Origin: Candidatus Atabeyarchaeum deiterrae
GTDB lineage: Archaea > Asgardarchaeota > Atabeyarchaeia > Atabeyarchaeales > Atabeyarchaeaceae
Assembly: GCA_037310415.1 (NCBI GenBank)
Contig: CP147780.1
Location: 1,728,001-1,792,000, forward strand
DNA: 64,000 nt
Direction of reading: 5' to 3'
Shown here: piece after piece, positions 50,111 through 59,409 of the stretch
Numbering within the stretch: the first letter of the stretch is position 1
Layout: the number at the start of each line of letters is the position of its first letter
The notes under the pieces: generated by a model
The model's input: the letters and a program-made list of their open reading frames with translations, nothing else
The model's database searches: none
What the model was told of the DNA's origin: nothing
Translations under genes and position numbers: made by a program

Positions 50111-50131
50111 TACGAATCTCGTTCGCGGAAG

Positions 50132-50902
50132 CTACGTCTCTTCTCTGCCATTTTTCCTGCCTCTTGACTGCTTCGTTGCTCTCGACAGTTGTTCGCTGAG
50201 CTCCTTCTCATCTAGGTGCTTGCTGCAGGCTGGACATTGGTTGTGCACATGCAGATACTCGAGTAAGTGGTCTCTGTGAGCTGGACTTCCACAATGCGAA
50301 CACCACGCCACGGCATCACTCAGTCTCAAGTCCTGATTGCATACCATGCAGATGCCTGTGCTCTCGGCAACTCGAGGCAGTCGCGCCTCCTGTGAAGTTT
50401 GAACGTTTGTAGCGCGAGGGGAGACGTCTGCGGCTGCAGTCGCTAGGTTTGCCTCACAACGTGGGCAGAACTTGGCACCATCTATGATTATAGTTGAACC
50501 ACAGTTGCCGCATACCGGCCTTAGCCGAATGACTTCCAGCTTGATCCGATAAATGCCAATGGAGACGAGAAGCATAGCGACAATAAATCCAAATATCATG
50601 GCTAGCGCGGGAATCAGCGGGAGTTCGCTACCTTTCATTACCCATATCTTGTCGGGAGGAACTCCAGCAAATTCAGCAACAACATAGATCACGGGAATGT
50701 CGACAAGTATACTGAGGATTCCGAGTATGATGACTATTCTATTTCGTCTATGGACCTTAAGTGTGGCACCGCAACCAGAGCACAGAAACTCCCTCCCTCG
50801 CAACCGTGAGAAGAATATCCTATTATCTGTTTGACAATTCGGGTACCTAACCCCAAGCGGTCTCGTAGTGGCTGGCATGCCTTCCTTTCTCCCAAATGTC
50901 AT
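50132..50902 (-). CDS. Zn-ribbon / 2TM / Zn-ribbon / RING-variant membrane protein, copy 3
   Basis: YPNC..CSGC, two TMs, CGNC..FCPRC, CMVC-x12-CSHC-x4-HRDH-x10-CPAC. Confidence 0.85.
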   Translation of the reverse strand: MTFGRKEGMPATTRPLGVRYPNCQTDNRIFFSRLRGREFLCSGCGATLKVHRRNRIVIILGILSILVDIPVIYVVAEFAGVPPDKIWVMKGSELPLIPALAMIFGFIVAMLLVSIGIYRIKLEVIRLRPVCGNCGSTIIIDGAKFCPRCEANLATAAADVSPRATNVQTSQEARLPRVAESTGICMVCNQDLRLSDAVAWCSHCGSPAHRDHLLEYLHVHNQCPACSKHLDEKELSEQLSRATKQSRGRKNGREET

Positions 50903-50998
50903 TCCAGCAGATTACTCAACCGATTCTATCTCCGTTAATTCTATTCGAGGCTATTGCCCGTCGGATACTTGAACAGGCGAGCCTTGCGGTTAAGCGCT

Positions 50999-51718
50999 TC
51001 ATAGTGTGCTTACGCGCTTCCATTTCTTTTTAGTTGTTTGTCGCTTATTCGAGTGTAACGGTGGGTCCTTGATTTCGGGCTCCTCAAGGTGTTTGCCGCA
51101 TGCAGGACAGCTCTTTCTCAGGTGAACCCATTCAATCAAGTGGACCTTGTGAAAGGTGTTTCCGCAGTGTGGACAGCATGCGAGAACCTCGCTCTCATTC
51201 ATTTCCAAGTCGCAGACAAGGCACGTTCCAACTGGTTTGGGTTTCGGAAGATGATGTGTCGGTCTCTGGGTCTCAATCTGCTGCTCGGTAATTGTGATTC
51301 TTTCCCAGGCTGGGTGTTCCATGCTCGCTCCACAGTTTGGACAGAACTCAGCGTCCTCCAGGACCATGACTGCGCTACAGTATTTGCAGGTGGGTCGCAG
51401 CCGAACGACCTCTATCTTCTTGACACGGATAATAATAGATACTACAATGAGGAAATAGGGGAGGATTCCCAGGCCGATCAGAAACATGAGTTCCCCACTG
51501 TCAGCTTTTCCTCCATAAGTGCCCAAGTACATGATGACAAGCAACACGACAACAATTGTGATGATTGGGAATCCAGCGATTCCGAGACCCATTGATGCTC
51601 TGAAACGAGCAGTTGTCTTGAGTACAGCCGGACAGTTGGGGCAATGAACCTCCCCAGATGCTTGACGTTTCTCGTTAGTCCAGAAATTGACTTCGTTCCT
51701 GCAGTTTGGGCACTTCAT
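50999..51718 (-). CDS. Zn-ribbon / 2TM / Zn-ribbon / RING-variant membrane protein, copy 2
   Basis: CPNC..CPNC, two TMs, CKYC..FCPNC, CLVC-x12-CPHC-x4-HKVH-LIEW..-CPAC. Confidence 0.88.
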   Translation of the reverse strand: MKCPNCRNEVNFWTNEKRQASGEVHCPNCPAVLKTTARFRASMGLGIAGFPIITIVVVLLVIMYLGTYGGKADSGELMFLIGLGILPYFLIVVSIIIRVKKIEVVRLRPTCKYCSAVMVLEDAEFCPNCGASMEHPAWERITITEQQIETQRPTHHLPKPKPVGTCLVCDLEMNESEVLACCPHCGNTFHKVHLIEWVHLRKSCPACGKHLEEPEIKDPPLHSNKRQTTKKKWKRVSTL

Positions 51719-51829
51719 TCTCTGCTTCCCCTCTACCCTGCATCTCTTCTGATGCTCAAACTAGGATTCATCTGCTCAAGTATCAGTCTCATACATTGAT
51801 TCATGATGTAGCTGACTTACAGCCTTCAT

Positions 51830-52549
51830 CTATTTTATTCTTCTTTGCATGCGCTTTTCAGATAACTGTTCCGTTAACTCCTTCTCGTCCAACTCCTTGC
51901 CACAAGATGGACACTCCTCGTGCACGTGCAAATACTCGAGTAAATGAGTTTTGTGGGCAGAACTCCCACAGTGCGGACACCATGCAGCAATTTCATTCGC
52001 CATCAGTTCCTCCTTACATACAGCGCAGATCCCGATGGTTTTGGTTCTAGGTGCCTTACTTTGTACTGCCACAGTTCCAGCTTGTCGAGAGCTAGCACGC
52101 TTTTTCCCAGATATATCGTCCAATTCTGCTCCACACTTCGGGCAGAAGTGTGCGCTCTCCATCTTGATTGTTGAACCACATCTAGCACAGATCGATGCAA
52201 GTCGAACCACCTGCAACTTCGCAGTGAACTGGGCAAATACTCCTAGAGAAATGCCGAGGATTACTCCACTCCAAAAGACTACGCCTGGGATCGGGTTTCC
52301 TTGCAACAGAAATATGGATGCAGTAGAATCAGTAAGATGTCCTCCAAGTGCGAGACCGACCAGAGCCGAAGCAACGGCTCCCAACACAATGGTGAGAATT
52401 GAGAACAGGAATAGTAGTCCCTTACTTCTTGGAAATCTGAGCACAGCAGCACACTTCGGACACCTTAGTTCTTGTCCCAGATCTTCGCGCCCTTTGAGCG
52501 TGATCCTTTCATCGCAATTTGGGCATTTCAGCGCCAATTCATATCTCAT
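51830..52549 (-). CDS. Zn-ribbon / 2TM / Zn-ribbon / RING-variant membrane protein, copy 1
   Basis: CPNC..CPKC, two TMs, CARC..FCPKC, CAVC-x12-CPHC-x4-HKTH-x10-CPSC. Confidence 0.88.
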   Translation of the reverse strand: MRYELALKCPNCDERITLKGREDLGQELRCPKCAAVLRFPRSKGLLFLFSILTIVLGAVASALVGLALGGHLTDSTASIFLLQGNPIPGVVFWSGVILGISLGVFAQFTAKLQVVRLASICARCGSTIKMESAHFCPKCGAELDDISGKKRASSRQAGTVAVQSKAPRTKTIGICAVCKEELMANEIAAWCPHCGSSAHKTHLLEYLHVHEECPSCGKELDEKELTEQLSEKRMQRRIK

Positions 52550-53146
52550 TTCACTCTCTTCCACGAGCGATTGTGATCCTCACTTTGGAGTTTCGGCACC
52601 TTGCTTCTTCTGATTTTCATGCCTTGGATTCCCGGTACCTTCTGATCCCCCATCATTTTTCCTTCCATTCCCTTTTTCCACTCATAACATGAGAAGCCAT
52701 CATGACAAGGATCGTCGGGCAGAAGAACCAGAATTATGTAGAGCCTTGTGCAATATTGTCAACTTTCTGCATCTTTTCTCTTTCTACTTGCAACGGCCCC
52801 ATCACCCTGACTCAAAGGTCCCACTTCCTTCGATTCGCTCTCAACTGTAAGAACAGTGGATCAGTGACCTCTCACCCATAGTCCAATATATAAGGTAATC
52901 GCTTACAGTCAGTGAAACCAACTTTCTTGAGTGGAGTTGCATTAAACGGGACTTCCATCGGTTGAGGCCTGATCGAGAATCTCAGCAAATTCTACCTGCC
53001 AATTATTCTCAAATTGCTCGGATTAGTTTGTAATGGATAGGCAGCATCGGATGCCATTTGTTGAGAATTACGCAACGCCACCCGCAGAAAGCCCAACTGT
53101 TCGCACATCTTCTTAAGTATCTTGTCAAGAATCTCCCTAGTATAAG

Positions 53147-53881
53147 GTGTGTGATGCTATGCTTGCCACGGAGATTTCTCTCATCAGTTCCTTTACAATA
53201 AACGAGACAATTAAGCATATTTGCAGTGGAAAATTCCTTCTTCCCACAGTGCAGGAAGGGAACATCTGGTCTCCTAATGACGTGGTTAGACTATTCGATT
53301 CCCTAGTGCGGAGACACTCTTTAGGTTCATTCGTATTCTGGAGCGTCGGTAGAGAAAAGATGAAAGATTACAAATTCTACCCGCTTTGGCGAGATCAGCA
53401 TGAATCCTGCAACCAAAATGAGCTCAATGTAAGTCTTGGTGGCGCCGAAAATGTGTTAGTTGTCCTAGATGGGAAACGACGACTCGCTTCGCTCTACGTA
53501 GCGCTCAAAGGAATAAATGGGAGTGGAATGCCTGGAGAGTCATGCGATAATGACATTCATCTTCACGAAAGAAAACTGCACTTCAACCTTCTCTCCAAAC
53601 CAGCTGAGGATGAGCCATATCGGGGCTTCAAATTCCTAACGTCTCTGGAGGCTTCTGGTCAGCGGGATGAGAACACACACTGGTTCGAAATTGGCAAGGT
53701 ACTCGAGTTCAGGACCGTGGGCGATGCAAACAATTATCTGAGAGATAGCAATCTTATAGGAATTCAGTGTTCATCGCATTGGATGCTGAAGTTCTTCAAG
53801 GTCTTCAATGAAAAAGGGATAATAACCGGTCATCTGGAAACCTGCGAAGAAGTCGGAAGAGCTTTCATGGTTCTCTTGTGA
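53147..53881 (+). pseudogene. Truncated, degenerate DUF262 (GmrSD N-terminal) gene
   Basis: LP.VQ...W...LFDSL...GSF.FW...LDGKRRLASL (canonical QR and DGQQR altered); stops before the F.R.N motif; no nuclease half. Confidence 0.7.
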
Positions 53882-53903
53882 GAACAAAAAGCTGCCGCTC
53901 ATG

Positions 53904-54563
53904 TTAGCCGAACTTGAAGGCGCACGGGCAGAGTTTGTTGAGTAAGCATTGAGCGCATTTTGGTTTCTTGGCCATGCAGATCGCTCTACCATGTGATATC
54001 AGCAGATCGGTCACCTTTGCCCACTTTTCTCTGGGCACCAATTCCATAAGATCTCTCTCAATCTTGTTGGCATCTTTCTTCTGTGTGAATCCAAGCCTCT
54101 GGGCAAGTCTGAAAACGTGGGTGTCAACGGCTATTCCTTCGATCACGCCATATGCGTTCTGGAGGACAATGTTCGCGGTCTTTCTCGCAACACCAGGTAA
54201 CTCAACCATTTCTTCCATTGTTCTTGGAATGATAGAGTTGAACTTCTCGACCAACATTTGGGAACTTTTCTTTATGTTCTTAGCCTTGTTGTGATAGAAA
54301 CCCGTTGGTTTGATCTCTTTTTCCAGTTTTCTCAGATCGGATTTCGCGTAGTCTTCGGCTGTCCTGTATTTCTGAAACAACGTCTTGGTGACGATGTTTA
54401 CTATTTTGTCAGTGCATTGAGCCGAAAGTATGGTCGCAACGAGTATCTCCAAGGGACTTGAGTAGTTCAATGCTGTTCTCGCGTTAGGATACTCGCTTTC
54501 CAGTAGCTCAATTACTCTAAGCATTCGTGTCTTCTCGTCGGCAGTCATTGTCAAGACTCCCAT
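53904..54563 (-). CDS. nth: Endonuclease III
   Basis: LSAQCTD, LPGVARKTA, VDTHV, C-x6-C-x2-C-x5-C. Confidence 0.97.
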   Translation of the reverse strand: MGVLTMTADEKTRMLRVIELLESEYPNARTALNYSSPLEILVATILSAQCTDKIVNIVTKTLFQKYRTAEDYAKSDLRKLEKEIKPTGFYHNKAKNIKKSSQMLVEKFNSIIPRTMEEMVELPGVARKTANIVLQNAYGVIEGIAVDTHVFRLAQRLGFTQKKDANKIERDLMELVPREKWAKVTDLLISHGRAICMAKKPKCAQCLLNKLCPCAFKFG

Positions 54564-54659
54564 CTTGCGTTGTTTCGTTCAACTGCAGTATGCTCTTTCC
54601 GTCCGACCTACATAAAGTTTTTACGTTTTCACCGGACACTGTGTACGAAGGTGATGCTA

Positions 54660-54809
54660 ATGGAAGTCAAGCTTCTTGTTGACGGCAAGGAAATAGAGCT
54701 AAATGAGTTTGTAATGAAGGTCCTAGGCAGAACCATAACTGGTATGGTCACTTCTCTACGTGATATAAGCAAAGGTTGGAAAGAGATCAAAATAACAGTG
54801 AGCAAGTAG
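54660..54809 (+). CDS. Small conserved-type protein resembling a MobB C-terminal domain
   Basis: L.VDGKEI.LNEFV.K.L...I.GMV.SL; AAGGTGA upstream. Confidence 0.7.
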   Translation: MEVKLLVDGKEIELNEFVMKVLGRTITGMVTSLRDISKGWKEIKITVSK

Positions 54810-54910
54810 CTGGCTCTTAGCTGGGCACGAAAAATAATCGGCTAGCATGGATCACAAATTCGCCATGTTGCTGGCACTAAGAACACAGGTCCATCGCCAG
54901 CGCGATTCCA

Positions 54911-55456
54911 TCATGTGCCTACTCTAGTTGGCAACTCCGAAAACATCTCTCTCTTGGCCTTGCAAATAGGGCAAATGTACGGAGGCTCATCTCTATAGCA
55001 AACGTAGCCACATTGCTCGCAGTACCACAACTTCATCTTTCCGGCAGCTTGTTGCTTGGTTGTTGCAGGCGTTTTCTTCTCAGTCCTCTTCGTTGCTGAA
55101 GGTTCTTTGGACGTTTCAAAAGCTCTAGCTTGTTTTTCTGGGGGTCTGCGTTCCGGGATCGGATTGAAGGCGGCTCTTCCACTGAATACATCCTCGTTGA
55201 CGTAGAGTCCGCAGTAGCAGGTTCCATACTCCTTGACATCTGGATCTCGGTACCAGCACGGGCAGATTATGTCTCTGTCAAAGTCAAGTTTTCCAGCTGC
55301 GAGCCTGCAAGGGCACGAAGGGTAGCCGTACCGCTCTTCATTCTTCTTGAGTCCTTCTAAAAGGTCGCTCACAAAAGCCTTGTCTGGATTCAGGTAGCAG
55401 CCATTGGTTTTTGCATCGCTTTCTGCTCTCTGTCGAACCTTCTCTAAGGTTATCAT
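54911..55456 (-). CDS. Ferredoxin:thioredoxin reductase catalytic subunit fused to a rubredoxin-like domain
   Basis: CPCR, CPC, CYCGLY, then CEQCG...CPIC. Confidence 0.93.
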   Translation of the reverse strand: MITLEKVRQRAESDAKTNGCYLNPDKAFVSDLLEGLKKNEERYGYPSCPCRLAAGKLDFDRDIICPCWYRDPDVKEYGTCYCGLYVNEDVFSGRAAFNPIPERRPPEKQARAFETSKEPSATKRTEKKTPATTKQQAAGKMKLWYCEQCGYVCYRDEPPYICPICKAKREMFSELPTRVGT

Positions 55457-55737
55457 AGTCCCAAAGCCTCCTTGAATCTGTCTTCCCTGTAACCATTTAT
55501 CGCTTTCTTGTCGTCGATGATTATGGTTGGGAACACGATATTTCCTCCGTGCTTAGCTATGTCTTTTCTAATCTCCTCTTGGTCTGAGGGGTTGTATAAG
55601 TCGATGTCAGCATACTCGAATTCGATACCGTTTTCTTTCATAAACTGCTTGGTTTTCTTACACCAAACACATGTGCTCAGCGCGTAAATCAAGACTTTGT
55701 GTGCCTTGTTTTTTCCGGGGACTTTGTTGGTCTTCAT
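55453..55737 (-). CDS. Glutaredoxin/NrdH-like protein
   Basis: YALSTCVWCKKT, FPTI; overlaps FTR start. Confidence 0.92.
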   Translation of the reverse strand: MKTNKVPGKNKAHKVLIYALSTCVWCKKTKQFMKENGIEFEYADIDLYNPSDQEEIRKDIAKHGGNIVFPTIIIDDKKAINGYREDRFKEALGL

Positions 55738-55943
55738 CGTTTTCTCCTCTGTGCCCTTTAGTATCAAAGTTCATTATAAAAGCATTTGTGGAAATAGCTG
55801 GAAGAGGCACTATTTGCCTGCCCTCGAAAAAGTTGGGTGTCTAGCTTTGGTCTCGAACAGAAAGTTAAAAGAACAACTTCCTTGCACTAATCGTTTTGAA
55901 CTGATTCAGTACGCTCACTTGTGTTGAATTGGAGTCGACAGCG

Positions 55944-57029
55944 ATGGCAAAGAAGACATACGAAATCTGTGAGATCGTTGGTGATGGCATAGGTCCTGAG
56001 ATTATGTCTGCAGCCAAAGAAGTCCTCAAAACTGTGCAAGATTCCCTTGGGTTCAAGCTCAGGTATCATTTGGCGCCATGCGGGGACAAGGTGAAAGAGG
56101 AAACTGGCACAACAATTCCAGAGGAATCAGTAGAGATCTTTAAGAGATGTGATGCTGCGCTTAAGGGACCGATAGGCGACAATGTTCGAGATTTCGTTGT
56201 GGGCTTCAGGCAAAGGTACGACCTTTATGCAAATGTGAGACCAGCCATATCATATCCATCGATAAGTCCCCCAGCTTTGAGACCGGACATAAACTTGGTG
56301 GTAATAAGAGAGAACTCAGAGGGACTGTACAAGTCAATTGAGAATGAGGTGACTGATGGAGTATGGACAGCAACGGGTGTCTACACCATCAAAGCGTGTG
56401 AAAGGTTTGCAAAGTTCTCCTTCGAATATGCAAAGAAGAGATTGGAGAAAGGCGTGGGAAAAGGATACGTGGTTGTCGCAACAAAGAAGAACATATTCAG
56501 GAGGACTCACGGAATGTTCTACGAAGCATTCAGAAAAGTCTCTGAGAACTACCCGGATATCAGATTCGACCATTATTATGCTGACGCTATGTGCGCGTAT
56601 TTTGTCAGACGCCCTCAGGATTTTGATGTTGTTGCCTCTGAGAACCTCCTCGCAGATCTTCTCAGTGATTTGGCAGGGGAAGTGGCTGGTGGCCTGGGTA
56701 TGACTGCAGGCACAAACACCAACCCGGAAACAAAAATGGGTCTATTTGAACCCACCCATGGGAGTGCTCCAGACATAGTAGGCACAGGAAAAGCAAACCC
56801 AATTGGGCAAATACGATCCGCCGCCCTCATGCTTGAATTCCTGGGCACAGTTCATGGCGATAACAAATGTCTCGCGGGATCAATGCTGATCGAGAAGGCA
56901 ATAGAGAGACTGCTGACTGGGGAGAAGAAAGAGAACCTTCCTATCGAGCTGGGTGGGAAATCTAAGACGGATGATGTAGCACACAGAACTGCGGGATACG
57001 CGGGAGGTCAAAGTGCTGGTCAGAAGTGA
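55944..57029 (+). CDS. Isocitrate/isopropylmalate dehydrogenase family protein
   Basis: GDGIGPEI, LYANVRP, RENSEGLY, EPTHGSAPDI.G. Confidence 0.93.
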   Translation: MAKKTYEICEIVGDGIGPEIMSAAKEVLKTVQDSLGFKLRYHLAPCGDKVKEETGTTIPEESVEIFKRCDAALKGPIGDNVRDFVVGFRQRYDLYANVRPAISYPSISPPALRPDINLVVIRENSEGLYKSIENEVTDGVWTATGVYTIKACERFAKFSFEYAKKRLEKGVGKGYVVVATKKNIFRRTHGMFYEAFRKVSENYPDIRFDHYYADAMCAYFVRRPQDFDVVASENLLADLLSDLAGEVAGGLGMTAGTNTNPETKMGLFEPTHGSAPDIVGTGKANPIGQIRSAALMLEFLGTVHGDNKCLAGSMLIEKAIERLLTGEKKENLPIELGGKSKTDDVAHRTAGYAGGQSAGQK

Positions 57030-57086
57030 CAATCTTGTCAAAATAGAAGACTTAATCCTCAACATATTCTGCTTTTCACCTTCGCC

Positions 57087-57115
57087 AAAAGGGTAATATG
57101 TCAAGAGAAACATAA
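57087..57115 (+). promoter_or_regulatory. Upstream motif shared with 58267-58294
   Basis: AAAAGGGTAATATGTCAAGAGAAACATAA. Confidence 0.55.
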
Positions 57116-57199
57116 TCCGCCACCACAATTCATGGAACCCAGAGAAGCGTCGGTACCGATTCTGAATCCTTTTATATTCAGAGGAGAGGAATTAAAAAC

Positions 57200-58102
57200 A
57201 TGGCGGATGGAGCAGTGTATTGGATTTGGGTGCTGCTGGCTGTAACAGGAGGCATAATATCGAACATAGGAGTCATTCTCCAAAAGAAAGTGGTTAACGA
57301 AATCCCTCTGAAAGCTAAACAGCAGAGATTTTTTCGTTCGCTTGTGAGGAGACCAGTGTGGTTGCTTGGACTGGTTCTCAGCATGTTCGCTCCAGCAGCG
57401 TTTGTCATCGGGGCTAACCTGTACATTGGTCCCGCCCTCGTGCCAGGACTCATGAACGCAGGACTGATCGTACTGGCAATCGGGTCAGTCCGGATGAACA
57501 AGGAAAAGCTTCAAAAATCTGAGTATGCTGGAATTCTGCTAATGATGGCTGCTGTCTTCTTCCTCGGCTTCAGTATGCTTTCTATTGACATGTCAAAATA
57601 CGATCTGAACACTCAATGGATATTCCTTAATTCGATCGAGTTTACTGCCATCATAGTTGTACTCTGGGCCATCTTTTTCATTTTTCAAAGAAAAAGCGCG
57701 AACCATCGTGCTGTTCTACTTATTTTCGCTTCTGGCTTCATGTATGTGCTAACGAATTTCTGGGTTGCCCCTCTGTCGGCAACGATATTCACCGTTCTTC
57801 AAGGCATCGCGACAGTGAATGAGTGGATATTCTTCATCTTATCCTGCGTTATTCTGCCTACAGCTAATCTGATGACAATTGCGAATCAACAAACCGCGTA
57901 CAGGTATGGTCAAGCAAGCAACCTCAACACTATCCAACAATTCCCTACTCAACTTGTTCCAGTATTCGTATATCTCTTCGTCTTCCAGATGACTCCGCCA
58001 TCGATCTACTCTCTTCCATTGCTTGTTATGGGAACCGCTTTGGTTCTGATCAGTTCTTTTCTCTTGGCGAGGCGCAAGGAAGAGATCAGCAAGATCAAAT
58101 GA
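57200..58102 (+). CDS. DMT-superfamily transporter, NIPA (Mg2+)-like, copy 1
   Basis: GVILQKK, RPVWLLG, about 9 TM. Confidence 0.8.
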   Translation: MADGAVYWIWVLLAVTGGIISNIGVILQKKVVNEIPLKAKQQRFFRSLVRRPVWLLGLVLSMFAPAAFVIGANLYIGPALVPGLMNAGLIVLAIGSVRMNKEKLQKSEYAGILLMMAAVFFLGFSMLSIDMSKYDLNTQWIFLNSIEFTAIIVVLWAIFFIFQRKSANHRAVLLIFASGFMYVLTNFWVAPLSATIFTVLQGIATVNEWIFFILSCVILPTANLMTIANQQTAYRYGQASNLNTIQQFPTQLVPVFVYLFVFQMTPPSIYSLPLLVMGTALVLISSFLLARRKEEISKIK

Positions 58103-58266
58103 GCCTCTTTCCTGAACCATCTTCTTACGCCATAAGTGCCTAAGGATGTATTGGGAACTCTGGACAAATCACCAGGACCTAGGAGGGGGAGGGTATCGAA
58201 CCACGAGGCTTGCTTTGCATACAGTATGAAATCCTTGCTACCGAGGAATTCTCCTTTCCTTATTGG

Positions 58267-58294
58267 AAAAGGTAATATCTGAAGAGAAACATAA
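58267..58294 (+). promoter_or_regulatory. Upstream motif shared with 57087-57115
   Basis: AAAAGGTAATATCTGAAGAGAAACATAA. Confidence 0.55.
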
Positions 58295-58362
58295 CCACCC
58301 GCAAATGGTCTAAGAGATTCGAGTAGCAAACTGGTGTGTAATAAAGGAGTGAGATTCACAAT

Positions 58363-59256
58363 TTGGATGAATACTTGATAGGCGTTCTGGCAGCGATTCT
58401 TGGAGGATCAATATCAAGTCTTGGGGTGATCTGTCAGAAGAAGGTAGTCAATGACATCCCTCCCAAAGCCAAGGAGCAGCGATTCTTTCGTTCATTAGTA
58501 AAAAGACCCTTGTGGCTTCTCGGTCTGATTCTCGGCACATTCGCTCCTGCAGTATTTGTCGTTATGGCCAATTTGTATGTTGGTCCAGCTCTTACACCAG
58601 GGCTGATGAGTGCTGGTCTTATTGTGCTAGCAATCGGCTCCGTGAAGATCAACAAAGAGCATCTCGGTCGATCCGATTATGCAGGCATCTTTCTGATGAT
58701 AGTGGCGATTTTCTTCTTGGGCTTCAGCCAGCTTTCGTTAGGGATGGCGAATTATGATTTCAATGTGCAGTGGATCCTCATTAATTCGATCTTGTTCCAG
58801 GTAATCCTTTTCGTCCTCTATGCGTTCTTCGCCATCATCCAGAGAGGCAGCAAGAACTACCGTGCAGTTCTGCTCATCTTTGCAGCAGGATTCATGTTTG
58901 CCACACAGAATTTCTGGATGGCGCCGCTGTCAAAGACGATTTTCGGCGTGTTCCTTGGCACTGCAACTCCGGGTGAATGGACATTCTTCGTCTTGTCCGC
59001 CGTTATTCTCTCGCTATCCGCGATCATCGCCATCGTGACTCAGCAGACCGCATATAAATATGGACAAGCAAGTACTCTTAACACTCTTCAGCAGTTCCCA
59101 ACGCAAATGGTTCCACCTTTCCTCTACCTGTTCGTTTTCATGGCGACCCCCCCATTCTTCTATTCCTTGCCGCTGCTCGTTGTTGGGACCAGCTTGGTTC
59201 TTGTTAGTTCCTTCCTATTGGCAAAACGGAAGGTAGAAATCAGTAAAATCAAATGA
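58363..59256 (+). CDS. DMT-superfamily transporter, NIPA-like, copy 2 (tandem paralogue)
   Basis: Collinear with copy 1 over the full length, same EISKIK end. Confidence 0.8.
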   Translation: MDEYLIGVLAAILGGSISSLGVICQKKVVNDIPPKAKEQRFFRSLVKRPLWLLGLILGTFAPAVFVVMANLYVGPALTPGLMSAGLIVLAIGSVKINKEHLGRSDYAGIFLMIVAIFFLGFSQLSLGMANYDFNVQWILINSILFQVILFVLYAFFAIIQRGSKNYRAVLLIFAAGFMFATQNFWMAPLSKTIFGVFLGTATPGEWTFFVLSAVILSLSAIIAIVTQQTAYKYGQASTLNTLQQFPTQMVPPFLYLFVFMATPPFFYSLPLLVVGTSLVLVSSFLLAKRKVEISKIK

Positions 59257-59409
59257 GCACATTCTCCCCCTTCTTTTTTTGTGGCATGAGGACACTTCTA
59301 TTTGTCTTCTCGCCTACGTGAGAGCATGCCTTGTTAAGAAGAACAAGAAAGGTTAAGAGTGATTGGAAATGGATATCTAGGCATCAGGCGAAAGAGGCGA
59401 ACATTTTTT

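Noticed and set aside
51951-52613. 220-aa plus-strand ORF and many similar antisense ORFs (e.g. 42927-43484, 34599-35078, 51089-51595)
   Set aside because: Shadows of well-supported genes on the opposite strand, with no motifs of their own
52565-52880. Fourth RING paralogue upstream of the array
   Set aside because: No CxxC or RING remnants seen in the minus-strand reading I checked
58178-58255. tRNA-like 3' end on the minus strand (GGTTCGATACCCTCCCCCTCC)
   Set aside because: The T-stem pairs poorly (CGTGG/CCCTC) and no acceptor, D or anticodon arms can be built
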